A DNA stretch of 43,621 nt from Squalus acanthias (lineage: Eukaryota), in NCBI GenBank assembly GCA_030390025.1, contig JASTWF010000361.1, positions 434,001 through 477,621 on the forward strand. Reading direction: 5' to 3'. The notes under the pieces were generated by a model, which searched no databases, was not told the origin of the DNA, and worked only from the letters and a program-made list of their open reading frames with translations. A program made the translations under genes and the position numbers. This document shows, piece by piece, positions 1 to 10,548 of the stretch. Within the stretch, counting starts at the first letter, position 1. The number at the start of each line of letters is the position of its first letter.

Positions 1-2389
1 GGAGCAGGAACCCTGGCTGATTTCCCCTCTCTCTAACCCAGGGGTCACTGGACAGTGATCAGGAAACCTGGCAGATTTCCCCTCTCTCGAAACCAGGGGT
101 CACTGGGCACTGATCAGGAGCAGGAACCCTGGCTGATTTCCTCTCTCTCTAACCCAGGGGTCACTGGGCAGTGATCAGGAGCAGGAACACTGGCTGGTTT
201 CCCCTCACTCTAACCCAGGGGACAATGGACAGTGATCAGGAACCTGAGCTGATTTCCCCTCTCTGTAACCAAGGAGACAATGGACAGTGATCAGGAGCAG
301 GAACCCTGGTTGATTTCTCCTCTCTGTAACCCAGGAGACAATGGACAGTGATCAGGAGCAGGAACCCTGGCTGATTTCCCCTCTCTGTAACCCAGGGGTC
401 ACTGGACAGTGATCAGGAGCAGGAACCCGGGATGATATCCCTTCTCTCTAACCCAGGGGTCACTGGACAGTGATCAGGAGCAGGAACCCTGGCTGATTGC
501 CCCTCTCTGTAACGCAGGGGTCACTGGGCAGTGATCAGGAACAGGAACCTTGGCTGATTCCCCGTCTCTTTAACCCAGGGATCACTGGGCCGTGATGAGG
601 AGCAGGAACCCTGGCTGAATACCCCTCTCTCTAACCCAGGGGTCACTGGGCAGTGTTTCAGGAACCCGGGCTGATTTCCCCTCTCTGTAACCCAGGGGTA
701 ACTGGAAAGTGATCAAGAGCAGGAACCCTGGCTGATTTCCCCCCTCTCTAACCCAGGGGTCACTGGGCAGTGATCAGGAGCAGGAACCCTGGCTGATTTC
801 CCCTCTTTCTTACCCAGGGGTCACTGGACAGTGATCAGGAGCAGGAACCCTGTCTGATATCCCCTCTCTCTAACCCAGGGGACACTGGACAGTGATCAGG
901 AGCAGGAACCCTGGCTGATTTCCCCTCTCTCTAACCCAGGGGTCACTGGACAGTGATCAGGAAACCTGACTGATTTCCACTCTCTCTAAACCAGGGGTCA
1001 CTGGGCACTGATCCGGAGCAGGCATCCTGGCTGATTTCCCCTCTCTCTAACCCAGGGGTCACTGGGCAGTGATGAGGAGCAGGAACCCTGGCTGATTTCC
1101 CCTCTCTCTAACATAGGGGACACTGGAGATTGATCAGGAAACCTGCCTGATTTCCCCTCTCTCTAACCCAGGGCTGACTGGAAAGTGATGAGGAACAGGA
1201 ACCCTGGCTGATTTCCCCTCTTTCTTACCCAGGGGTCACTGGACAGTGATCAGGAGCAGGAACCCTGGCTGGTTTCCCCTCTCTCTAACACAGGGGACAA
1301 TGGACAGTGATCAGGAACCCTGGCGGATGTCCCCTCTCTCTAAACCAGGGGTCACTGGGCAGTAATCAGGAGCAGGAACCCTGGCTGATTTCCCCTCTCT
1401 GTAACCCAGGGGTCACTGGACAGTGATCAGGAGCAGGAAACTTGGCTGATTTCCCCTCTCTGTAACCCAGGGTTCACTGGACAGTGATCAGGAGCAGGAA
1501 TCCTGGCTGATTTCACCTCTCTGTAACGCAGGGGACACTGGACACTGATCAGGAGCAGGAACCCTTGCTGATTTCCCCTCTCTCTAACACCGGGGTCACT
1601 GGGCAGTGATCAGGAGCAGGTACCCTGGCTGATTTCCCCTCTCTCTAACACAGGGGTCACTGGACAGTGATCAGGAGCAGGAACCCTGGCTGATTTCCCC
1701 ACTCTCTAACACCGGGGTCACTGGACAGTGATCAGGAGCAGGTACCCTGGCTGATTTCCCCACTCTCTAACACCGGGGTCACTGGACAGTGATCAGGAGC
1801 AGGTACCCTGGCTGATTTCCCCTCTCTCTAACACAGGGGTCACTGGACAGTGATCAGGAGCAGGAACCCGGGATGATATCCCTTCTCTCTAACCCAGGGG
1901 TCACTGGACAGTGATCAGGAGCAGGAACCCTGGCTGATATCCCTTCTCTCTAACCCAGGGGTCACTGGACAGTGATCAGGAGCAGGAACCCTGGCTGATT
2001 TCCTCTCTCTCTAACCCAGGGGTCACTGGGCAGTGATCAGGAGCAGGAACCCTGGCTGATTTCCCCTCTCTCTAACCCAGGGGTCACTGGGCAGTGATCA
2101 GGAGCAGGAACCCTGGCTGCTTTCCTCTCTTTCTAACCCAGGGGTCACTGGACAGTGATCAGGAGCAGGAACCCGGGCTGATTTCCCCTCTCTCTAACCC
2201 AGGAGACACTGGACAGTGATCAGGAGCAGGAACCCTGGCTGATTTCCCCTCTTTCTAACCCAGGGGTCACTGGACAGTGATCAGGAGCAGGAACCCTGGC
2301 TGATTTCCCTTCTCTCTAAACCAGGGGTCACCGGGCAGTGATCAGGAACCTGGGCTGATTTCTCCTCTCTCTAACCCAGGAGACACTGG
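1..2389. repeat. Tandem satellite, ~61-bp unit (55-bp variant lacking GCAGGA), ~40 copies, truncated by window start
   Basis: Consensus GGAGCAGGAACCCTGGCTGATTTCCCCTCTCTCTAACCCAGGGGTCACTGGACAGTGATCA recurs with period 61 (e.g. 117, 178). The array ends abruptly at the TGTAG LTR start. Confidence 0.97.
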
Positions 2390-3606
2390 TGTAGAATTCG
2401 CAAATTATCGCGATTTCGAAATAACAAGATAGAGACATACTGTTTCGTAAAAACAGCTTTATTTCAGCAAAATGCTGTCATGTTTCAAAACGGTCACAAG
2501 AAGCCTGTAAAATGGCCGCCGCGCCTCGTGGCTGAAGTTTCTAGACTTTTCAGTGGGCAGACAAGATGGCCTTTCAATAAACATTTCAGCAAGATCGGAC
2601 AGTACTCAGCATAATGAAATAAGACAAGACGCGATCGTTTTGCATTCTGTGCACCTAAGAGAATATAAGTGCTGGAATCGGTTTTTCCATGCACAAACGA
2701 GGGCTATTGTACTGGGCAATTAAGGGCCAATCCAAAGACATTGATACGCAAATTCCCCACGGCTCTACGATGAGAGAGCCGTTCGCGAGTACTCACAACA
2801 AGAATTTGGAGGCCCCCAAAACCCCTCCAGGGAGACTCCTAGCCGGTTCCACAATGGGAGAAATATTAACGGGTACTTAGACAGTCACAAGTATCACCGA
2901 AACCCATTAACGACAAGAACCACCCCATACAAGAAGTTTGAGCGCCAAAACATGACAAAAGATGAACATTAAGTTTGGGCGGGAGATAAGGAATTACAGT
3001 ACTATAACTGTAGTGTCCAAGCGCCCATCGCTCTCTTATCCTTTTCATTCGCTTGGAATCGTCTCTTGGCTATTATCCCGGACGACCGTTACTCTCTCTT
3101 GTTCCACTGATCCCTTTTGGGGTCGACCTCGTGGCGTGCTGCGAAATCGGGTGCACCATCCCGAAGGTCGGTAAACGGTGTCTGGACTCGAAGGCCCGAG
3201 GAGATGAGATGAGATGAGAAGGGAAGAAGAATCCACGTGCTGCCGCGGTCAGTAAACCCCGACCGCGCCCGTAAATATAAAGACCATTTTTGAACTCTAT
3301 CAGGTTGCTGCATGAACTGGTCAAAGACTTTTCTTCGAATTTTATCGAACTGGTGTCGATCCAGAAAGACTCTTCTTTGAATTCTACCGGCTAACTGGTG
3401 TCGGGCACAGGAAGACTTTTCTTTGAGTTCTACAGCCGGGCCCGAGCACTGTCGAGTTCTTCATGACAGCAGACAGTCCAGCCTGCTTGCAGCAGCAGAA
3501 CGAGTAAACAAGTGGGGTACAGAGACCCCTGATCAACACGTGAATAGTCAGGTGCTGTGGCGAAAACATCCGAGCATCGTTTTAGAATTCTCCGAGTTAT
3601 CACGAG

Positions 3607-3616
3607 TGGTGAGCAT
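3607..3616 (+). promoter_or_regulatory. Candidate major splice donor (TG|GTGAGCAT) inside LTR, upstream of poly(A) signal
   Basis: TGGTGAGCAT has its GT at 3609. The same motif occurs at 14576, 36921 and in the divergent LTR family at 30020. Confidence 0.5.
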
Positions 3617-3803
3617 GGTTCTCGATCCTACAGATCTAGATTAGGACAGGTATTGATAGGGGAGGGTTTTGTTTTAAGGATAAGTATAATGCATGCCCCC
3701 TTTTACGATGTGTCGTGCGCTCCTCGTTTCCCTAAACCCAGTTGCATAAATGTGTGTAAGCTTGTACTGTCATTAATGTATTTTGTAATCTTGAACAATA
3801 TGC

Positions 3804-3809
3804 AATAAA
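3804..3809 (+). terminator. LTR polyadenylation signal AATAAA
   Basis: AATAAAGATT lies ~220 bp before the LTR end and is conserved in both solo LTRs. Confidence 0.75.
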
Positions 3810-4032
3810 GATTTTCCATTTCGTACTATTCAACCGGGTCTACCTGAGTTTTTCTCTGCATTTACTGCTCTCGCACCTAAGTCCAGTGTCAGAACCGTAA
3901 GGGCGAGTGGGTCGAACCACTCACAGGTGTCTAGTGCTACCAGGCTGGCTGGAGACCAGAACAGGCAACAAGGCCTAACCCCGCACTAGCACCCAGGCTA
4001 AGCACAGAGCCGCCCGAACCCCTTACAGATAA

Positions 4033-4050
4033 TGGCGACCACGAAGGGAC
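4033..4050 (+). promoter_or_regulatory. Primer binding site, tRNA-Arg(UCG)
   Basis: TGGCGACCACGAAGGGAC, 5 nt after the LTR. Its reverse complement GTCCCTTCGTGGTCG-CCA matches the 3' end of vertebrate tRNA-Arg(TCG) as I recall it. Confidence 0.85.
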
Positions 4051-4085
4051 ACTGGCAGCGAGAAAGTAATGTGTCAGACCCTGGT

Positions 4086-5837
4086 ATGAATGGGCGAAAT
4101 GTTATGGAATAGAGAATAGCCGATTATGTGTTTGGTAAGGTTAATTTGACTAAGAGATGGATAAGTGACCTACTGGTGGATAAGCGTCCGCTAGACGCAG
4201 CCATCAGGTGGACAGGCAGTAAAGAACACAGAAAATCGGTAGAGAAAGCGGTCTGGCTGATGTGTTATAAAAGGCAAGTCCAGCTATCGGACCAGGTCAT
4301 CGTAGCGCAGGCAGCTCAGATCACGGGTTTGGTGGTGGAGATGGAGGAAAAGGTCGCGGGGGGGCAGCAGCTCATCGTGTCTTTAAATGCGTTGCATCAA
4401 GAACGCCAGATAGTAGCCAACCACCATGAGGCTAAAATAGATTACCTCGAGTGCCAGGTCACTGAGGCAAAATTAAATGAGGGTAGAATCAGGGAACGAT
4501 GTGCCCGCCTAGCTGCTCAAATAAAAGCCCAAGAAGAGAGCTTAAAGGGGGTTAGGGTGGCATATAAGATGGCCCTTGAAGATAAACATGAGGGGGCCGA
4601 CCACAGCATCTGCCAGAGAGAGATAGGGAACCTTAAAGAGGCCCTGAATAAAGCGCACGGCATGGTGTGCCTTATCAGCCCGTCAGCACACCAGCCGCAG
4701 GTGGGTGGGGAATTCCAAAAATCCCTACCAAACAAGGCAGAGGAGGTATTTGCCACTGCACCCTCCGCGCCGCCCAGCTATTCGGCAACCTGGGCAAGGG
4801 AGGAAGTGGTAGAAGTAGAGGAAGAGGTCCCCGAGGTAGTAGTGAAGACGGGACCGTTGTGTCCGGTCACGGGTCTCAAGAGGGGCCCGAACAGAGACGG
4901 TGGGGAAGAGGGGAATCTCCTCAGCCAGCTTGTGTTGCCTCACAGCGCACACCAGCTGAGGGCTATGATCAGTCACGTACGGAAGCTGTCCGAGTCAGAC
5001 GACCCTTCCATACATTTCAGGGAGGTAGAGCAGACCGCAGCCATTAACGGCTGCGACGATGGGGAAAAGGCAAAAATGCTGCTGTTCTCATTAGACAGCT
5101 CGGTACTACAGTGTCTCTCAGACGCGAGCAAAAGGGGAGATCATACCTATGGGGAATTAAGGGACGAAGTCCTGGAATTGTTGGGGGCGGACGATGAAGG
5201 TCCATTCGTTAGATTGGGACAGACGGTGCAGATGGAGGGAGAACCCCCGAAGGTTTTCGCCGACAGGCTGTGGCCAGTATACCAGCGTAGCTGCCCAGGG
5301 GCGCCAGAGCGCACCTATTTGAACGGCGTCGGCTTAACTCATTGGCTCAGGTGTGTGGTAGCCAACAGTTTGCCAGCCGTCAGGGAGCAGGCCAAAGCAT
5401 GGTTTGACCCCACTAACCCCATCACAACTGAGGAATCGGTCTTAAATCGACTCACGGTAGGGTACCGTAACACAAGGAGCACGGGGGCGCGTCCCCTTAA
5501 GGGAAAGGTGCATGAGGCACGGCCCGCCGCCCCGGCTCAAAAGGAGTGGCATCAGGAGGGAAATCGTGTCCCACAAGCCAGTAATGCTTGTTTCGGGAGC
5601 GGAAAGACAGGGCACTGGCGCAAGAACTGCAGGAACCCCTGGAAAGAGTCCAGGGATAAAAATCCCACAGCCCGAGCCCAGGCGCCTGCCCCCGATAAGA
5701 GAGCTGGTGTGCATATCCATCCCGATGCGATAGAATCAATGCTGGGAACCATGCGGACCCTCATGATTTCGCAAGGAAGGGTGGCAGTCGCTACCGGCCC
5801 CACAGATGCCGCAGCCCCGTCCAACAGTACCCAATGA
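4086..5837 (+). pseudogene. gag: Gag: N-terminal coiled coil, PSAPPSY late domain, capsid-like region, degenerate zinc knuckle
   Basis: ORF 4128-5837 has in-frame ATGs at 4032/4086/4104 separated from it by a TAG at 4110, so the true start is uncertain. PSAPPSY at 4761-4781. CFGSGKTGHWRKNC is CX2CX4HX4C with the second Cys changed to Ser. Confidence 0.85.
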
Positions 5838-5841
5838 CTAG
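5832..5841 (+). promoter_or_regulatory. Stop-codon readthrough signal CAA-TGA-CTAG between gag and pol
   Basis: The gag stop TGA (5835-5837) is followed by CTAG and an uninterrupted same-frame run (LEPAQPVYLCPLSYDAWKRPLVE...) into the protease LLDTGA motif. Confidence 0.8.
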
Positions 5842-8800
5842 AGCCCGCACAGCCCGTCTACCTGTGTCCGCTCAGCTATGATGCGTGGAAGCGACCCCTG
5901 GTGGAGATGGAGGTAGAGGAGCAGAAGGGTAGTTATTTGTTGGACACAGGAGCTTCATGCACCATGATTCATACGGATAGCCCCTTTGACTCACCACTGT
6001 CTACCAAGGTCCCATACACATTAGCGGGGTTCACGGGAAAAGAACAGGCTGGCGCGTTCTCCATTCCGCTCTCCATTCATTTAGGAGCACTCCACACCAC
6101 GTGGAAGTGCATACTGATGAAATGGCAAGAGGTGGGTGGGAGAGGCATCCTCAGATCAGATCTCCTATCGGAGCACGGGATCCTCGTGGACCTTAGGAAT
6201 CACTGTCTCTGGGGAGCCAAGGGTGGAAAAGGCAAGGTAGTGGTAATCCCGGGGGAGGAAGGTAAAGGGGCCCTGTGTACCATGAAGCCATCCGGAGGCT
6301 ACGACCTCAGGCTTATGGTCGCGGATGTCCCAACGGACATGCAGACGTACGTGTCAGATAATATGCACGCGTTTGCAACCCACAAGCACGATTGTGGGAG
6401 GGTTACCGGGTTTGAGGTCAGCGTAGACGGGGACCCCATGACTCGGCCCCAAAAGCAGTATAACTTCCCCAAAGAAGCAGAACCCGATATGGAGACAGCA
6501 ATGTGCAGCAGGGCGTGTTGAGGCCGATAGCCACACATGTGAACTCCCCATTATGGCCGGTGAGGAAGCCGGACAATTCGTGGAGGGCCACGATGGACTA
6601 CAGAGTCCTTAACAGTAACATCCCGCCTGCACGCCCACGGTAGCAGCAGTTGCTGACCTAATAGGGAGTATCCCAGCGTCCGCGACCACGTTCACGGTGC
6701 TGGATATCTCGAACGGTTTTTGGTCCATCCCGCTGCGGCGAGAGGACCAGTACAAGTTTGCCTTTACTTTCAAAGGACAACAGTACACATGGAACTGTTT
6801 GCCACAGGGTTTCCACAACAGCCCCAGTATTTTCCATCAGTGTATGGCAGGAAGTTTAAAGGAGTTTAGTCAGCCCAATCAGATAGTGCAGTACGTGGAT
6901 GATTTGCTCCTATTTACGGACTCAAGGGAGGAGCATGGACCACTGCTGGCCGAGTTATTGGAGCTGCTAGCGAGAAAGGGTTTTAAAGTGAACCCTAAGA
7001 AAGCACGTATCGGTCAGCAGGAAGTAAAATTCCTGGGGCTGACCATTCGCGCTGGGGAAAGAGCCATAGATAAGGCTAGGAGGGAATCGGTGCAGGAGTT
7101 ACCGATTCCCAACACCATAAGGGGTGTGAGGTCCTTTTTGGGACTGACCGGTTACTGCAGAGATTTTATCGAAGACTATGCGGCCACAGCAGCGCCGCTG
7201 CTCCGACTCCTCCATAAGGGAGTGGAGTGGTCTTGGGACGAGGCCTGCCAGGCAGCCTTCGAGAAGTTAAAAAGGAATTTGCAGACCGCGCCAGCTTTAG
7301 GGGCCATAGATGGGGGGAAGGAATTTTTCCTGGAGGTAGCTGCCAGCGGAGACAGCTTGAGCGCTGTGCTGCTCCAAGAGCGTCACGGCAAGCTGAGGCC
7401 GGTTGTCTATTCGTCCAGGGTGTTAACGGATGTGGAGAGGAGTTTCTCCAATTGCGAAAGGCATCTTTTAGCCACGCATTGTGCTGTGAAAAGATCAGCG
7501 ATCTCCTCACCCATCACACACCAACTAAGATGCTTCTAGATGGGAGGATTAAGGATGGGACCGTAAGCAGCGCTCGAATTGCGCGCTGGACCCTTCTCCT
7601 TTCCCAGATGGATCTTAGAGTTAAAGGTCTTTGCGAGCCTAGGCTTGCGGCCAATTTGGTATACCCCGGTACAGCCCACCAGTGTTCGGTGGAAGGGGTG
7701 TGGGAGGTCAACATAGGTTTGCGGGCCGGGATACATCCCACAGGTCGCGAAATTTATGTTGATGGTTCCAGCACAGTGTCCGCTGGCGAACGACTCACAG
7801 GGTGTGGAGTTTATGACCCTGCGGCAAACCTTGCCCTGGCGATTAAGCTCCCCAGCACCATGAGCACGCAGCAGGCTGAGCTGTCTGCGGTGGCGTACGT
7901 CGTTACCCACCCAGAATTTTTCCCAACCCCATACACGATTTGTTCGGACAGTATGTTTACGTGCAATTCGTGTACGGAATACCTGGCCATTTGGTCCCGC
8001 CGTGGATACACCTCCGCGGACGGGCGACCTTTAACGGTGAAGCCCTTGCTGGAAAAGATCCTAGCAGCAGTAGGGGAGGAAGGGGAGATTTTCATCCATA
8101 AGGTGAAAGCTCACTCCTCCACAGAGCCCCGTGGGGAGGGCAACCAGCAGGCGGATGCGCTAGCCAGGGAGGGTGCCCGTAACGGAATTTCCTGGGACCC
8201 CTATGGGCCCGGACCCGTGGCAGCGATCCAAGGCAGGGACGGGAATCCCGGGAACACCAGGGTAGCATTGCCCCTAGACCTTAAGACCGTCCAGAACCAG
8301 GATCCCGCCCTAAAAGCAGTTCTCAGAACCATTGCTGAGGGCAAGCAGGTAGAGGGTCCGTACAGTACGGCAACCCTCTCCGTCAAAGAAGGCATGCTGT
8401 TCCGCGAGGAGCAGTGGGTTGTGCCGCAGTAGCACAGGAGGGAATTCTTCCAGTTGGCTCATGAGGGGCCGGGGGCAGGGCACCCCGGACCCGAGGTTAC
8501 CTGGCAACGGGTAGAGCAGGCGGGATGGTGGCCGGGACTCAGGGAGCAGGTCCGCGAGTTCTGTGCAAGCTGTCTCGTGTGCGCTGCAAACAACCCAGAC
8601 CCCCAGAAAAGGAAAGTGCCCATGGGGCACATCAGGAGGGTGGAGGGACCATGGCAGTCGATACAGATCGACTATATAGGGCCCCTGCCCACCACCCAGG
8701 GAGGCTACAAATACTGCCTCGTCTTGGTGGATGTGTTTTCCAAATGGGTAGAAGCCTTCCCCTGTAAAACAGCTACGGCGCTGGGTACTGCAAAAATCTT

Positions 8801-10085
8801 GGTCCGGGAAGTGTTCTCGCGGTGGGGACTCCCCCGTTTCATGGAGTCAGACCAAGGGAGTCATTTCACCGGCCAGGTGATGCAGAACACCCTCATGCTT
8901 TTGGGCATTGAAGGGAAGTGGCACGTAGCGCACAATCCCCAGTCATCAGGGATTGTTGAACGCATGAACCGGACCCTGAAGGAGAAATTGAGGAAAGAGA
9001 CTAGGAACTCGCCCCAAAAATGGGCGGAGGTTCTGCCTCTAGTCCTCATGGGGATCCGGGCCAGTCAGTCGAAAAGTACGGGGTATTCCCCGCACGAGGT
9101 GATGACTGGGAGGATCATGCGAACCCCCACCCATGTGCTAGCGCCGGTGCTCACTGAGGGTCAGCTCCAAGAGGTAAGCAGGGACAAGTTCGTCCAGACC
9201 CTCTTGGAGCGCCTGAAGCAGGTTTATGAGCAGGCGGCTGGGAACATGGGAAGGCAGCATCAGGGCAATCGCCTGTTGCTGGAACCCCGCAAGAAACAGG
9301 AGTGGGAAGTAGGAGACCAGGTCATGGTCAGAAACTATGCCAGAGTAGGGAGTCTGGAACCACTGTATATGGGACCCTACAGCATTGTAGATAAAGCAAG
9401 TCCCATGGTATACGCCGTAAAGGTACCTCGGCGCACTAAGTGGTTCCACGTTAACCAGTGCAAACTGTATAAGCCGGGTGCACAAGGGCCAACCACAGGG
9501 GCCAAACCTGCGAGTGGGGACTCGCAGCCCCGGGTAGGACCGCAGGGTACACAGGCTGGTAAGGCAGCTTGTATCAGGGGAGAGGACATCCTAGCAAAGT
9601 GTAGGATCCTTTATTGGGGTTGGGAGTCAGATGAGGAAGAGTTCGAGGAGCTCGACCAAGATAGTGAACCGATCGAAGAGGAGCTGGAATCGGAGGACGA
9701 AAGGGTCGCCCCCGATTCAAGTAAAGGGAAGATAGGGACTGCGAGTGGAGGTCCACACAGGGTGGAAGCAGAAGCTGCAGGTCCTGAACTCAGGGGGGCG
9801 GAGCTAGGGGAGGCGGAGCCAGCGGCTGTGGTGGGACCACAGGACGTGGCGATGGAAGTCTCAGAACCCAGTCCGTCCGCCTTGGAAGTCTTGCCCTCGG
9901 GGGAGGTAGGGGCTGCGAGTGAAGGGCCGCCTACTGGGCCAAGTATGGCGGTGCCAGAGACTGCAGATCCCGAGTTCAGGGAGGCGGAGCCAGGGGAGGC
10001 GGAGCCAGCGGCTGTGGTGCGACCACAGGTCGTGGCAATGGAAGTCTCGAAACCTGGAGTTCCTGCCCCCGGTAGCTCCCCGTAG
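5838..10085 (+). pseudogene. pol: Pol: aspartic protease, RT, degenerate RNase H (tether), RNase H, integrase with acidic repeat tail; disrupted
   Basis: LLDTGAS; NSPLWPVRKP, LDISNGFW, LPQGF, YVDD; YVDGS/AEL/SDS/GNQQAD; HHCC, D-D-E (IDYIGP, SDQG, VERMN), GPY. Frameshifts near 6502, 6623 and ~7495, and a TAG at 8430-8432. The C-terminus may extend to ~10278 via another frameshift. Confidence 0.93.
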
Positions 10086-10514
10086 GTCAAGTTGGACACC
10101 CCAGCCCAGGAAGATATGGTCAAGTCCCCAGAGTGTCCCAAGGCGTAGGTTCAAGGTCAAGGCAGTCCAGGGAAATCCCAGTCCCAGCGCACCAGCGACA
10201 GGCTGCGGCAGATCAAAGGGAGGGGTCAATGCCCTCCCACCATTGGGAGAAGCCTGCGGCAGCCGCCACAGAATTTGAGTAGGCCGCCCTGGGAACGGGC
10301 GGCGCTGTACAGTTTATAAGATAAGTGATAAGTTTTATAGTTTGTAAGTTTTGTAAGTGTTATAGTTTAATTTTGATAAGTAAAAGAGAAATGATGGGAG
10401 TTTAGAATAGGTTCAGTTAAAAGTCTATCCAGTGCACATGTCTTCTTACGTGAGGCGAGGTCAGGGGACCCGCTCACCCTTCAGAAAAGCCAGAGACTCT
10501 TGGGAGGCTGGCTA

Positions 10515-10535
10515 CCTCATTCTATCTGATCACAG
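10515..10535 (+). promoter_or_regulatory. Candidate env splice acceptor
   Basis: CCTCATTCTATCTGATCACAG|G ends 13 nt before a strong-Kozak ATG (AGGATGG, 10549). Confidence 0.5.
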
Positions 10536-10548
10536 GAACCAAGGAAGG

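Larger units (their letters stand above)
2390..4027 (+). repeat. 5' LTR (1638 bp, TGTA...TACA)
   Basis: Starts TGTAGAATTC and ends CCCCTTACA. Both ends are confirmed by the solo LTR at 35829-37341. AATAAA at 3804-3809; TATAAA candidate at 3276-3281. Confidence 0.95.

Noticed and set aside
1..2389. CRISPR array or hammerhead-ribozyme satellite
   Set aside because: Units are contiguous with no unique spacers and no cas genes. The minus strand has CTGATCA and TGAC rather than the CUGANGA/GAAA hammerhead core.
2494..3808. Short ORFs inside the LTR as accessory genes
   Set aside because: They recur only because the LTR is repeated. Frames are broken or changed in the sister solo LTR, and no protein motifs are recognisable.
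8430..8432. Programmed readthrough between RNase H and integrase
   Set aside because: The TAG falls inside the WVVP-x-x-R motif and is best explained as a point mutation (e.g. CAG>TAG). The same applies to TAG 4110 and Gypsy B TAG 32357.
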